This document shows, piece by piece, positions 50,393 through 63,166 of a stretch of 64,000 bases of DNA. The stretch's first letter is position 1. The number at the start of each line of letters is the position of its first letter. A program made the translations under genes and the position numbers. The notes beneath the pieces were generated by a model that was given only the letters and a program-made list of their open reading frames with translations, was not told where the DNA came from and made no database searches. This DNA is from Camelus dromedarius (lineage: Eukaryota): contig NC_087436.1 of the NCBI RefSeq assembly GCF_036321535.1, positions 85,808,001-85,872,000 of the forward strand, written 5' to 3'.

Positions 50393-50863
50393 TACTGTGT
50401 AGCATCTTTTCTTTAACATACAGGAATTACAGGAAACAAGCCCTTTGGGATAATTGATTTTTTCGACCAATCCACTTTTGGATAGCCCAGAGGATCCAGT
50501 TTATCCAAGTCTTAGCATCCAGTTAGTTCTTTTCATCTTGGATTCATTTCTGCCTTCCCAACTTTAAAATATCTGACATACGCCCTCAAGTCCTCAGGAC
50601 TTCCAACACACGAATGCCTCATTTTCTTAGTTCTGCCTCAAAACTCCTGAGAAAGAACTTTCATTGGCTCACCTGAAGCCATTCTATTCTGGTTAAAGAT
50701 TAGGGTCAGGATTCAGGAATCTGATTGGCCTTGTTTGAATCAGGTGACCTCCTTGGGACCAAAGGACAGTAACCATGGTGTTAGGGTGATGCTGACTCAT
50801 GATTCAATATGGAGTCTGCGGGAATATGGACGAATGTGGAGGTCTGAGTCTAAGACACATCTC

Positions 50864-50920
50864 TGTGTGTGTATGTGTGTGTGTGTGTGTGTGCGTGCGC
50901 GCGTGCACATGCGTGTGCGC
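50864..50920 (+). repeat. 57-bp uninterrupted purine/pyrimidine alternation (TG/CG/CA)
   Basis: Read directly. Confidence 0.9.
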
Positions 50921-50994
50921 TTCGTATGGAGGAAGGATTAAGAGAAGTGAGGTAAATCTACAATCTCCTGGTGAACGATATGTCAACTGCCCTC

Positions 50995-51095
50995 AACTTC
51001 CTTTCTTTATTTTCTTTGTGTCTTTCTGTCTTTGTTTGTTTGTTTGTCTCTTTCTTTTGAGATGCTGGAGATCGAACCTGGGGCCTCACATATGA
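50995..51095 (-). mobile_element. 5'-truncated tRNA-derived SINE
   Basis: gagatgctggagatcgaacctggggcctcac (B box) preceded by a T-rich tail. Confidence 0.65.
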
Positions 51096-51979
51096 CACTC
51101 TTTCTTATTGCCTCCTTTATTATCCCACTTTTCTAGACTCAGCAGCAAGGATGCCTGTATTCCCCTTGTTCACTTAAACACAGATGTCTCTTCCTGGCAG
51201 GATGAGGAGCTACTGCACACCCTTTGGACAGCCAGTTGCCCCCTTGACCTCTTCAGACCCTAATTGAGAATTTTTTCCTCTGTGACTTCAAAGGCCATTC
51301 ACCCACTAATATCCTGTTGATGGTAGCTATTTACTTCAAGAAAAGGAGTTCCTGGAATTCATAAAAGCAGGAGTAAAACAAAGCAGGGGCCACAGTCTTT
51401 AGTGCCCCCTCCCCCAGGGTGTTCAAGAGTGTCCAGGGGACTTTGCTGTTATCAGTCAATCCTTCCCTGCCATCTGTGCCTTTTGTTTATAATGCAATTG
51501 ATTAAAATCTGCTTTGCTTAACCTCGCTATTTCAAGTTCAATAATAAGGGGAAATTAGCTCCAGGACTTCCACGATCATCGTTTGGGCTGTAACTTCAAC
51601 GGCCGGAACCCACGCTGAGTCTTTCGTGCTGTATGCACACCGCTGCCTGTTCTGTGTTCCCTGCTTGAAGCCTGTGGGCAGCATCTTCCTCTGCTGCAGG
51701 GGCCTCTGGAACTGAGCCTGGACTCGAAGATCATGTGCGAACATTGCACAACCCCCAGAGGGCTAAATTAAGCCAGTTACCTCCTAGCAAAGCTTAGCAC
51801 GAGCCGGCAAAAGTGAGGAACTAAAATAATGCTTCCATATTAGTACAGTGCGTAGGAGCTGGAGTCCGGGGAACGCGGACCCCTCTCCCACACCATTTCA
51901 CTGGCGTGGAAGAGTCACTGCTGGCATTTCCTGGCCCTGCTCTTACCGGCCGTGTGGGTAGTAGGAAGGAGGCACTGTT

Positions 51980-52860
51980 ACCGTGATCACACCAGGGGGA
52001 AACTGAGGCTTGGAAAGGTTGAGTAATTTGTCCAAATTAACCAATCAGTCATGGGTTAAGGATTTGCTTCCAAGTTGCCCTACTCAACGGCTTGACAAGT
52101 TAACTGTGCTGAAGTGACTGGGGTGAATGAAAGGCATCCCGGGCAATGATGGCTCACGGTAATCTACATCACCAACTAGGGAAAGCCTTGTGGTCTGTCT
52201 TTCCTCCCTGTCCCCTCCCTGTCCCAGCCCTCCCTCTCCATGAGGTTCCATGAACCATGAAAGCAGGAGCTTTGCCTGTCTTTTTCTCTGTGGAACCCCC
52301 AGCGCCTGAACACACAGAAGTGCTCAATAAATGCCTACAATGAATGAATGAGTGAATGAAAGAATAAATGAATGAATACATAAACAAGCAAACAGAATTG
52401 CTCCATAGGTTACCAATGTGTGACTTATGGGTCTTTCTCTGGGGACAAACCATAGCTTATCATTTCCCTCACTCTTTCCAGCAGAAGGCAAGGCTTCCGT
52501 TATTGGGGTAAACTCCAGCTTGGTATGGATGCCAATTTTTCCCCACACAAATAAATACCTTTTATTTATTTCCCAAACATTTATTGAGTGCCCGTTAGCT
52601 CCTGTGCTAGGTGCTCAAGATATAAATGTAAACAAGGCACAGTCCTTATTCTCACAGAACCTACAGTCCACGGTGGGATGGGACAGCAGCAAATGGGCAA
52701 TCAGAGTTCAATGCAATGAGTGTTATGATGGGCAAGGTCTGGTGCTCTGGGAGGTGTAGAGGGGAGGGCACCCAACCAGAGGTGGGGATAGTGGAGGGGA
52801 AGAAATCTGAGAAAGCTTCCTGGAAGAAGTGACCTGAGGATAAGCAGGAGTTGAGTAGGG
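51980..52860. mobile_element. MIR (minus, 51980-52090), L2 tail (plus, 52240-52395) and L2 (minus, 52558-52860)
   Basis: ggaaactgaggcttggaaagg; gtgctcaataaatgcc...gaatgaatga; catttattgagtgcc...gcttcctggaagaagtgacc. Confidence 0.75.
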
Positions 52861-54069
52861 GAATTACCCAATTATAGAAATAAAAATAGGTTTTTAAAAC
52901 AATGAAGTTTCACATTTGAGAAAGCATGTATCTTTTCTATATTTTGAGTGTTACTCCTAAACAACTTCTTAGTAATTAGATGGCATCTCCATCCAATGTC
53001 AGAATGGAGTTGGGAATGAAGACATTCTGATTAGTTATGCGTTTATGCTATCCTGCTATCGAATAGTAATGTCTTTTGTTTACAAAGGTGAGGGGTTGGC
53101 ACACCCTCACAATGGCCGCATTGTCAGAATGGCTCTTGGATGTGTCATAACCACATCCAGGAGGGCTGGATACTGGGCTCAGGGTGGGGCAGGGCACACT
53201 GGGAAGGGGAAATCCCAGCAGCTGACCGATACGAGGAGGAGGAAGAGGAAGGGGTCCAGGGAGGTGGACAAGGTACCTCTGACTGGTCTTGCAGTGGGTG
53301 ATGGGTAAAGAGCTGAAGGCCTGCAGGACTCCACTTCTATAGGTTGGAGTGGATAGGGACATGGCTAAGTGGCTGGGAGATGGGGTCAGGTAGGAATTAA
53401 AGGCATTGGGCTGCGGCATCAAGAGTACCTCTCTTGGAGGGGCTCGGAGAGGGGGCTGCTACCTGCCATGCCACAGACTGTGCCCTGCCCAAAAATGCCT
53501 GGACTAGAGGTCAGATGGGGGCTGAAATCCAGCCCAACCTCCACACTCCTTGCTAGGGTCCTGTGACACTCTAGGAACCCAGAGGGGCCACTTCCCTTTA
53601 ATTTGCACAAAGGCACCATCTGGGACAGCAGAGTCCTGCAGATGGACCGTGTCAGTGATTCATAAAGCATCTCATTCCTAAGGAATGAGGGAGAAGGAAG
53701 AAGGGAAGAACATGGATTCTTGGACCCAAGTAAAACCATTTTTGAAGGTTTGGCTCACAACTTGATCCCCAACACCTAGAACAGGGCCTGGCAAATAGTT
53801 CAATATATCTGTTGAATGAATGCATGAATATCCAGATGAGTGTGAAGGCGCACGGACTAGGAGAGAGGGCGCTCCCAGATGGTGGTGGGGGAGCCCATCT
53901 GCCCCAGGCAGGAAGCCAAGTGAGCGTCGCCCCTTCCATCTTGGCAGCAGGGGAGCCAGGCGCAGAGTGGGGCTGGTCACGTGGCTCTGCCCTCAGCCCC
54001 ACGCCTCCGGTTGGCCCTCATTCATCTGGAGATTTTCACTGCCTGGGGTGTTGCAGGAGAGTGTCAGGG

Positions 54070-54510
54070 TTTACAGACTACAGGCTCTGAAGTCAGATGT
54101 TGCTGGTGCCAAGCCTAGCTCTCCACGTGGGCTCATGGACAGATCCCTTAGCTTCACTGAGCCTCAGTTTCCTTACCTGTAACACGTGAAGACTTGGCTG
54201 TAAGGGTTAGGATCTTGCGCTCTACGTTTTAATTGCCTGCATTTTCATCTCGCCTCCACCACTTGCTAGCTGGCTGATTCTCTCTGCACCTCGCTTTCCT
54301 CATTTGCAAAAAGGGCGTAATAAAAGTGCTTTCCTTGTGGTGTCGTTGTGGGCATTCAATGAGTCGGTACAGACAAAGCACTCAGCACAGAGCCCGGCAA
54401 GGCAACGGTCATCATCAGTGTCACCCTGACCACCTTGCAGGGCGGTGGGTCTGAGGGCTCGTGGGGATGCTGAGCGCTCAGCGCAGTGCCTGACATGAAG
54501 CAGGTCTACT
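54070..54510 (+). mobile_element. Cluster of MIR fragments
   Basis: ctgagcctcagtttccttacctgtaa, gctttcctcatttgcaaaa and cagcgcagtgcctgaca. Confidence 0.75.
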
Positions 54511-55110
54511 CATTCTGCTGTCATTACCCAAGGGCCCTCCCCTGTGAACGCAGAAGGGTCCTTGTGACCTTCATGGTTTTCATCCTCCACTGGCGCCTCT
54601 CCCAACCCCGCTGGTAAGGGAAGATGAGGACACGCAAACTTACCTTTCCTGTTCTTGTCCCTTTGCAGGCGGCTGAGATGCTGCAAGGGCAGGAGGCTGC
54701 AGAAAGGCCCTGTCCTGAGCAGAAGACGATCTGAGTGCAGATATTGCTCCATCGGTGTGTCTCCCATGAGATTTTGAGATCCTCACAGGCAAGTCCTGGT
54801 CTCGGGGATACATTCCCAGCGTCTCATAAAGCATGGGTGGCTTACGTTTTATTCTTCCTTACTTTCAAGCAGGCACTTGTGGTTGAGAGGTTAGGTCACT
54901 GCATCAGGGTGGGGTCGCCTCCCCTCCTGCTGGCCGCTGTATCTACCTTACCCCCTGTGCCTGGCACATGACAGCCACTCAGACATGTGGACAAGAACCG
55001 GACAAAGGAATGCAACATGTCTAAGGCCACATTTCAAGACCTGAAACTTGAACTAGCCCTGTGACCCCAGACTCTCCTTTCTTTACTGCATCTTCAGCCA
55101 TCTGAGTTTT

Positions 55111-55273
55111 GGGTTGGGGCTTTGGGTTTTTGTTTTTGTTTTTGTTTTTGTTTTTGTTTTTTTTGCTTTATTGTGGTAAGAAGAACACAGCATAAAACTC
55201 ACCATCTTAGCCACATTCAAGTGTACAGTTCAGTAGCATTAAATATGTACTCTTTGTTGTGAAATACAACAAA
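55111..55273 (-). mobile_element. Short L1MA/MB-like 3' end with (TTTTTG)n tail
   Basis: ctttattgtggtaag...tcaagtgtacagttcagtagcatt; possible TSD ctgagtttt. Confidence 0.75.
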
Positions 55274-55839
55274 CTGAGTTTTTAAAGTTAAAGTTTAATG
55301 ACATAACACAGTTTATGTCTGTTGTCCAAGAGCTCATGAAAATGTCGAGTTGTTGACATTCTGAATCCCTTCTTGGGGTGGGGGTTGTTTGCCCTTCTCT
55401 TACAGTTTGTTATCCACTGTGTGAAACAGTCAGGTCTGTCTCATGTATAAAAATATCAAGGAAAAAGCAGACAGATTTCTATTCTGTATTTTGGTTTTGC
55501 AGATGCAGGACCATATGTTTACAAAATAGAGTATCTGATCCAAATTTCATGGCACAGTAGGAACTAAATAGGAACTCTAGTGGAATTTTTCCAAATTCTT
55601 CACATCAGGGAAAACACTTCTGGTTTTCTTTTTTAATGAAAGAGAATAATATAAGCATATTATAATAGCTTTATTGTTCATTTTTAATACTTTTCAGGGG
55701 ACATAAAGGATTTCCCTTTTTCTGGTTTTTAGAAAATTTTAATCTGGTCACCAGAGAAAAACATGAACATTGCAAAAAATCTCAACATTCAACAAACGTG
55801 ATTGAGAAAATAAAAGTCACTTTAATTCAACCTATATTG

Positions 55840-56240
55840 ATGCCTATTGTTACACACTCTTCTAGACCTTCCTTGAAAATACTAACACACAAAGACATAT
55901 ATGATTATATGTCATATATAATTTGGTGCACATTCTTTTAGACTTTTCCCTTTATATTATACAATATCTATTTTATAGTAATCAGATTATATGATATATA
56001 TATTATTTTGCAACTTGCATTTTTCATGTAAATGTCTTAGACATCATTCTATGTCGGAACACACAGATCCTTTTTAACAGCTGAGTAGTATTTCATTGTT
56101 TGTACCATACTCCATCTATCAGGTTCTGCACGGAGACACTGGGTCATTGCCAGGTTTTGCTGTCCCTGTGATGTTGCACTGACCACGGAGGCCACACCTT
56201 TGTGACACCCCTTGGTCCACGGAACGAGACAGAATCCTTG
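55840..56240 (-). mobile_element. L1ME-like fragment
   Basis: ttttgcaacttgcattttt...ctttttaacagctgagtagtatttcattgt. Confidence 0.65.
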
Positions 56241-57217
56241 TACTTTCTCTCTTTGGTTTTCCATTCCCTTGCCGGTCCTCTGGCCCCTGGGGCACCCCCT
56301 GGCTGCTCTGCCGCACATCGCTCGGACTCCTGAGCCTCTGTGCTCTCAGCTGTCCGGGGGGATAAGCCCTCTTGCCAGCTTCTTCCCTCAGGACTGTTGT
56401 GAGGACTAATGAGATCATATCTGCTGAGCACTTTGCGTTCTCTCACTAACTGGCGCTACATAAATATAGAATGTTTTCAGTCCCAACAGGGTTTGTGGAT
56501 TCCTTTCGGGAAGAAGTGAGGGCCCATTTAAAATGTGTGTGTTGGTATAAACACTTAGCGCTTGTCCTTTGTATTCTAGGTGAGGTTGCGGAGAGTGGCG
56601 CGCTCACCCATGCTGGGGTCAAGTGCAACTGTGTCCTGGTGGCTGAGAGGCAGGGGAGACGAGAGGGCACTAGCAGAGGGGCTACATCTGGGAATGGTAT
56701 CCCTCAGTCGAAATTTTCAATGTAAACAAGCACTTTCCGGTTTTCTGAGCTCTTTTCATGCTCATCTACTCAATACTCAATTATTGAGTGTCCACCATGA
56801 GCCAGGAATGAATCAGGGCGAATCCAACAATGAGAGCGGAGTCCCTGCCTTCAGGAAGCTTACAGTCTGGTACATAACCCAGACGGCAGCTGTGGCTTTC
56901 ATGTTTTTTGAGATATAGAAGAACTGGGCGCAAATTCCCGAATCTGTGCCCCACAGAATCCCAAATCCTTTCAGATTGTGTGCAAACTGGCAGCTGAAGG
57001 TTTGCAGCCTTGCTGCCCTCCTCCCATGACCTCTGCTCCCATGTGGACTAGCTCTGTCTGTGCAGCATGGACCTGGGGTGAATGTCAGCCCCTCCTCTTG
57101 TTCCACAGAGGCCCTCTTCTCCCACATCACTCATGAGTTTAAACAACTCCACATCCTTGAGAGGTGTGGTAGGAAAAAAAGAAGCTTTTACACCACAGAA
57201 AGGCAAAGAACTTCAAA

Positions 57218-57355
57218 TGATAACAACTAACACTTAAGTGGTGCTTACTCTATGCCGGGCTCTGATTGAAGCACTTTCTTAGCTTACCTAAACCTCCCGA
57301 TAATTCTATAAGATAGGTACTATCATTGCTTCATTTTCAAGGTGAGAAAACTAAA
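57218..57355 (-). mobile_element. MIR fragment interrupted by an LTR
   Basis: gataggtactatcattgcttcattttcaaggtgagaaaact. Confidence 0.7.
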
Positions 57356-57757
57356 TGTAGCAGACACAGTGGGATCCTCCCTGTGTCCCTTCAGCCCTCA
57401 CCAACTTCAGCGCATGCCAGCCCAAGTTCCATGCCACCATCACTCTCCTGAGGGGTTTCTCTGCCCACGTGTGGTCAGTCAGGCATGCTGGGGAATTACT
57501 GTCTTCTGGAAGTAGCCCTCAACCAATGACTGACAGGAGCCGATGTATAAGTCCTCTGGATCCCTCGCCCCTTGAGGGTGATGACTCAGAGGCACATATT
57601 CTACGATGTCCCCAGATTTCCCTGGAAGGCTCACGCTCCAGCTCTTCACAGCAGTAACTTGCTTAGTAACAGGCACTTACTGGCCTCCTTCCCTTCCCTG
57701 TCTCACTTTCCTACTCCCCTATGCATATTTCCTGGAATCATCTCCAAATAAACTACT
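57356..57757 (+). mobile_element. ERVL LTR16-family LTR
   Basis: tgtagcagacac start, ccctcaaccaatgactgacagg and ccaaataaactact. Confidence 0.85.
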
Positions 57758-57769
57758 ATGAGATGGTAT

Positions 57770-58180
57770 TATTATCTATCAATAATTACTTTAAATGTAA
57801 ACAAATTAAATTTTCCAATCAAAAGCCATACAGTTGTTTAATGGGTTTAAAAAATAAGATCTAATTANNNNNNNNNNNNNNNNNNNNNNNNNNNNNNNNN
57901 NNNNNNNNNNNNNNNNNNNNNNNNNNNNNNNNNNNNNNNNNNNNNNNNNNNNNNNNNNNNNNNNNNNNNNNNNNNNNNNNNNNNNNNNNNNNNNNNNNNN
58001 NNNNNNNNNNNNNNNNNNNNNNNNNNNNAACTCATTTTTAAGGCCAGCATTACTCTGATACCAAAGCCACATAAGGACACTACAGGAAAAGAAAGCTACA
58101 GGTTAATATCCCTGATGATGCAGAAATTTTCAACAAAATGCTAGCAAACAGCACATTAAAAGAATCATATACCATGATCT
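57770..58180 (+). mobile_element. L1 ORF2 fragments around an N run
   Basis: Left side translates SIITLNVNK (endonuclease start); right side translates ASITLIPKP...ISLM (start of the RT region). Confidence 0.85.
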
Positions 58181-58461
58181 AGTCCTGTTATATCTGGGAA
58201 GACTTCCATAAGGAGGTAAGTTGAGTTTTGCAAAGATGAAAAAAAAAGTAGAAGAGAAGACGGTCTACTGTAGAATAATGAAGACTCTGATTTGTAGCCA
58301 GTGCTAGACTAAGCCAATCATGGACACGAAGAAACCCTGGGAAGAAGACACCGAAGAGACCAGATGAAGGGCAATTCTATACAAGGACATCAAGCTAAGA
58401 CAGAGGCATTTGTGTAGAAGTGCTTAGCCTCTTACTAGAAGGGAAGCTGAGTGAAGGATCT

Positions 58462-59000
58462 TCTATCAGTATGATGCTTTTGCCTGTAACAGAATATCTG
58501 ACCAACAGGCTAAATTATAAAGATGCTTCATTATCTCATTTTCAAGAAGTCTGGAGGTAGATGTTCCAAGACTGTTTGGTTATTCAACAAAATCATCAAG
58601 GACCCTAGTCACTTACCATCTTTAGCTCTGTCATTGTCAGTGTATATAGCTACGTTTCTCCTCATGGTTACGAGATGGCTGCCTAAGTGCAAAGTATCAC
58701 ATCTTCATATTACATCAGCCTAAGCAGGAAGGAAGGAAGGTTGGTTGTGGGAAAGGGACTTTCTCTTTATGGCTCTCTATCTTATCAGGGAGGAAACCTT
58801 TCCTAAAATTCCCCATAGATCTTCTTTTTCATCTCATGTCTGATCAGATGCCCACAATGAAATCAATCACTGGTAAAGAGGAAGGAGCTTGCCATGACTA
58901 GCTCAGATCAGTGGTGATCATCCCCTGGGGCTATATGCATGGCATTTAAACCAAACCAGAGTTCTATTAACAAGGAAGAGGTGGGCAATGACTCTTCTCC
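58462..59000 (-). mobile_element. Old MaLR LTR (MLT1K-like)
   Basis: aagaagtctggaggtag, ctcatggttacgagatggctgc and aatcaatcactggtaaag. Confidence 0.75.
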
Positions 59001-59169
59001 AATAGCCTAGGAAACACTGCTGGAGGCCTATTCTAGTTAGGAGTACAGGAACATACTGTCTCTCAGGGCTTTTCCTTCACTCTGAGCCAAAAGCTCTTTT
59101 CAAGATAAATTCTCCAACATATCCCCACAACCCACTTGTCATCACCTTCGTTCTTCCTTCCCTTCATTG

Positions 59170-59340
59170 GGGGTTGCTCACTTACAGCCTGTGTTATTTT
59201 GGGCAAGCTACTTAACCTCTCTGAATATAGATATTCATTTCTAGCTCTGAGGATTCTTTTAGGGATGAGGTGGTATAACAAATGTGAAAGTACTTAGCCA
59301 GGTACCTGGCACATATGAAATGTGAAATCCATGTTAGTTA
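59170..59340 (+). mobile_element. MIR fragment
   Basis: tttgggcaagctacttaacctctctgaa...cctggcacatat. Confidence 0.75.
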
Positions 59341-60174
59341 CATAGGAATGATAACAGGGGTTTGTATATGCTGATGACAGGGCTCTAAATGCTCACAAGT
59401 AAGAACACAATGGAAACGTTGTAGGGGGCTTTGTGGAGCCTGCACACTGAGCTGATAATCAGCCAACAAATATTTATTGTGTGAGTTCCTTTGTCTGTGA
59501 TGCCAGTTAAAATAGCCAGGCCTATCAAGAAGAATCTGCTTGTAATGGCAATTTTGAGCAGTTTGGTAAGGGAGACATAATTGTGGTCGCCTACAAAACA
59601 GGTTATCAGGGCTGGAGAGCAGCAGCAGGACAGAGTAGGCAATGAAGAAGGAGGGGCTTTCTAACCATCTAGGGTGGGTATAGGTCCCTGACTCTTTTCT
59701 CAGTGATAGTTGGGACCTTGACTTGAAGTTGATGCTCCTCAAACTTGCCATCATGCCATCAGGGACAGGTTCTTGAGGGGGCTTAGGGGTTCCCCTCAAC
59801 TTTTCCAGGTGCACCCTGTCCATGAGACTAGCTGCCTGGGGCCAGGCGGCTCTCACCTGCTTTCCTATCTCAACCTCAAGCCTTAGTGCTGAGAGGGATT
59901 GGTGGCTACATCCAACTGCAGGGAAGGGAAGGGGAAGAAGACAGGCGGAGGTCCACTGGTCCATATTTACTATTGATAAAGGTGATATTTCAATTCTTAT
60001 ATACACATCTCCATGCTCTGCCCCTCTCAAACCAACAATCTCAAGACAACATACAGCAACACCTAAACTAAACCCTCCATTTTCCATCGTCTTGCCTAAG
60101 TAACCCATAAAAGCTGTTGGTTCCTGGTCCAGCCTCAACACCTTGTCCAGAAGCAGAGATGAATCAGCTTTGTA

Positions 60175-60345
60175 GTGTCTTGCTACCCAAAATGAGGTCC
60201 CAGCCCAGGAGTCTCAGCATCCCCTGGGAGCTTGTTAGAAATGCAGAATCTCAGATCCTTCCCCATTCACTGAATACAAGTAAATCTGCACTTTAACAAG
60301 GTCCCCAGGTAATTGATGTGTACCTTAAAATTTGAGAAGTTCAGG
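60175..60345. mobile_element. MER5A MITE
   Basis: cagcatcccctgggagcttgttagaaatgcagaatctcag...tttaacaaggtccccaggtaatt. Confidence 0.85.
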
Positions 60346-60869
60346 TCTTCCTACCTTCCTGCCTCCTTCCCTTATCACTGATGGTAGACCGCTGTAGGAC
60401 TTTGCAGCTGAGAATGTGTCTTCACTGGAAAGACAGAGTTTTCTACTGTTCTATCACTGGACCCCTCCTTTACTTGACAGTCATCAGAATCCTAATGTCC
60501 ATAAAAAGCCACCAATACTATTTGAGTGTTTACTCTCCCAATTATCAATTACAGTTGGGTATTTACCAATTGGTAGAGTGTCTACCAATCATACACATGG
60601 TTTATTACATATTTAAGATCATTTACTCTATGCTATTTTGGAATCTGCTATTTCTACTCAGCAATAAAACACAACCATCCATGGCATTGTGCCACCTTCT
60701 GCTGTATCAGTTTCAATCCCTGCATGGTAGTTTACTTGTCTAGATGTACTGTGATTAATTTCATCTGTTCTCAACTGTTGCACATCAGAGTTATTTGCAT
60801 TTTTATTAAAAATAATATATACAGTGAATATCACTGGTACTAACTCTTTGCTACCAGCTCAGAAACAGA

Positions 60870-62380
60870 CCTATGGATATATGGGAATTTAATATGTGAC
60901 AAAGTGGCACCACAAATCAAAAAGAAAGGGAAGGTTTGTTAGGTGGATGAGATGGTATTGGGGAAACTGAAAAAAAAATTAGAAACTTCCCTATAACTTT
61001 GCTCAAGGGCAAATTCCAGATGATATGATGACCTACATGTGACATGTAAAAGATAAAACGTAGGAGAATTTCTTGTGATCTGGGGTTATAGATGGACTTT
61101 GTGTGCAAAACTGGAAAAAAAAGCATAAACCAGGGGCTAAAATATTAATATATTTCATTATATTCATTTTAAAGACTGCTGTTCGGCCAACAACACCATG
61201 GGCAAGGCACAAACTGACTGAGAGAAGATACCAGCAAAGCCTAAAACTCGCATAAGACTGATATCTAGATTCTAGAATATTCCAGACACTCCTGCAAACC
61301 AAGATAAAAATCAGCAATAGAATTGGGAAAATAGATGAAGAGTGGTAACAGAGAGTTAACAAAAAAGAAAGAAAACCAAAGACTAATAAGCACGTGCAGA
61401 AATGCTCGAACTCTCATCGAGATTTGCAGATACTAACTAACGTATATAAAACAGATAAACAATGAGTTCATGCTGTCTCGCACAGGGAACTATATTCAAT
61501 ATCTTGTAGTAACTTATGGTGAAAAAGAATATGAAAACAAACACATATGTATGTTCATGTATGACTGAAACATTATGCTGTCACCAGAGACTGACACTTT
61601 GTAAACTGAGTATACTTCAATAAAAATATACATACAAGAAAAAAGAAAGGCTCCAGTTCGTGAGTCATCAGAGAATCACAAACTAAAACAACAATGGTCA
61701 TCCCTTTATAAGTATTTAGACTAGAAAAACTAGAAGACAGTTAATGTCAAGTGTTGGGAGAGAGGTGGGACTAAGACCTTGCTCTACTGCTGGTGGGAGG
61801 ATGGACTGGTGCTGTTTTCCTCCAGGGTTGTCCACCAAGATAAAGTCACATTAAATGTTCACATACCTCACAGCCCAGCAATTTCACCGCTGGTTGGAGA
61901 TCACAAGGAATTTCTTACCCATGTCCATAAAGGAAGATGCATAAGGTTTTCATCACAGCATTGTGTGTGATGACAGGAAGTTGGAGGTATCTTGGATGAC
62001 CCTCCCTGGAGAATGGAAAGGCTAACTATGTTGCATGTGGAGTTTATGCAGCAGTTCCAAGAAACAGATCTGGTTACACATAGCTACTGGCTGGATCTAT
62101 AAAAGATGGTGGTGGGTGTGAGTTCAGGATTTGTAGATACTAAGTACTATAAAATAGATAAACAACAAGGTCCTACTGCATAGCACAGGGAAATCTATTC
62201 AATACCCTGTAATGACTTATAATGAAAAAGAATAAGAAAAGGAATATATATATATGTATAAATGAATCACTATGCTGTACACTAGAAATTAACACAACAT
62301 TGCAAATTGACTGCACTTCAATAATTAGAAAAAACACGTGGTGGTGGATGAAGGAGCAAGGAACAATGGGTTTTTGCACC
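60870..62380 (+). mobile_element. Old L1M ORF2 / 3' UTR with two nested younger L1 3' ends (about 61420-61645 and 62115-62335)
   Basis: atatgtgacaaagtggcaccac and cagcaatttcac; the nested ends carry gcacagggaactatattcaata...cttcaat. Confidence 0.8.
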
Positions 62381-63166
62381 TAAGGGAGGAGAAATCTTTA
62401 TTCACATTCATAATTATTTTAGAGAATGAATTCCTGGAAGTGAGATGATGTCACCTCATTCTGAAGTTATGAGAAAGATGGAGAAGCAACAGGGTCTCCA
62501 GGATCTGGACGAGGCCCTTGAGTAGGCAGTCCTCATTTGCTACTTTGGAACTTGATGCTTGAAGTGATTGCCCTTTCCCCCAGAGCGGTGGGGAAATTTC
62601 AGCCTCCTGTTCCCTGGCTGGGCCAAGAGATAAGGGGGCAAGGGGCTGAACTCACCAGCTGCTCTGAGTCCTGGTTGCTGATAAACCCTGGGGAGAATCA
62701 GATCCTGTGTGTGCAGATTATCTCACGACAGCATCAGATTAGCCTGGCACGTTAGCATCACAGGATCCCAGACTCTGAGTCAAAGGGGTTTATCCTCCCA
62801 CCCATCTCGAAAGCCCCTTTGATAACCTCCCGCCCCTGCTACACCAGTGGTAAAAAAGCTCAGCAGTGTGTGGACCATTCCCTCTCTCTCCTCTGGTCCC
62901 CAAGACTGCAGACCCCTATGTCTCCAGCCCTCTCTGCATGCCTGGGAGTCCAGACCCCTCACCATCCCAACCGATTCCTTCTGGCATAGGTCAGCCTCCC
63001 TCCTCTCTGTCACCCAGACTGGCCACTGTGGAGGCAGCCTGTCTGGGGTCTTACTGCCCCGAAGACCACACCTAATTGAAGAGCAGCCTGCAGCTCATAT
63101 CCACTGTCTGGAGATGATCCCCACCCGCTCGTGGGCCTGGCGACCTCCCTACCCACAGTGCTCTAG

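Noticed and set aside
59338-60141. Longest ORF (267 aa, minus strand)
   Set aside because: Non-ATG start, no recognisable domain, and it overlaps degraded L2/MIR-like sequence; treated as a chance ORF
60540-62380. Second 5'-inverted L1 (minus piece next to plus piece)
   Set aside because: The two pieces cover overlapping L1 regions and share no TSD, so they are more likely independent old insertions
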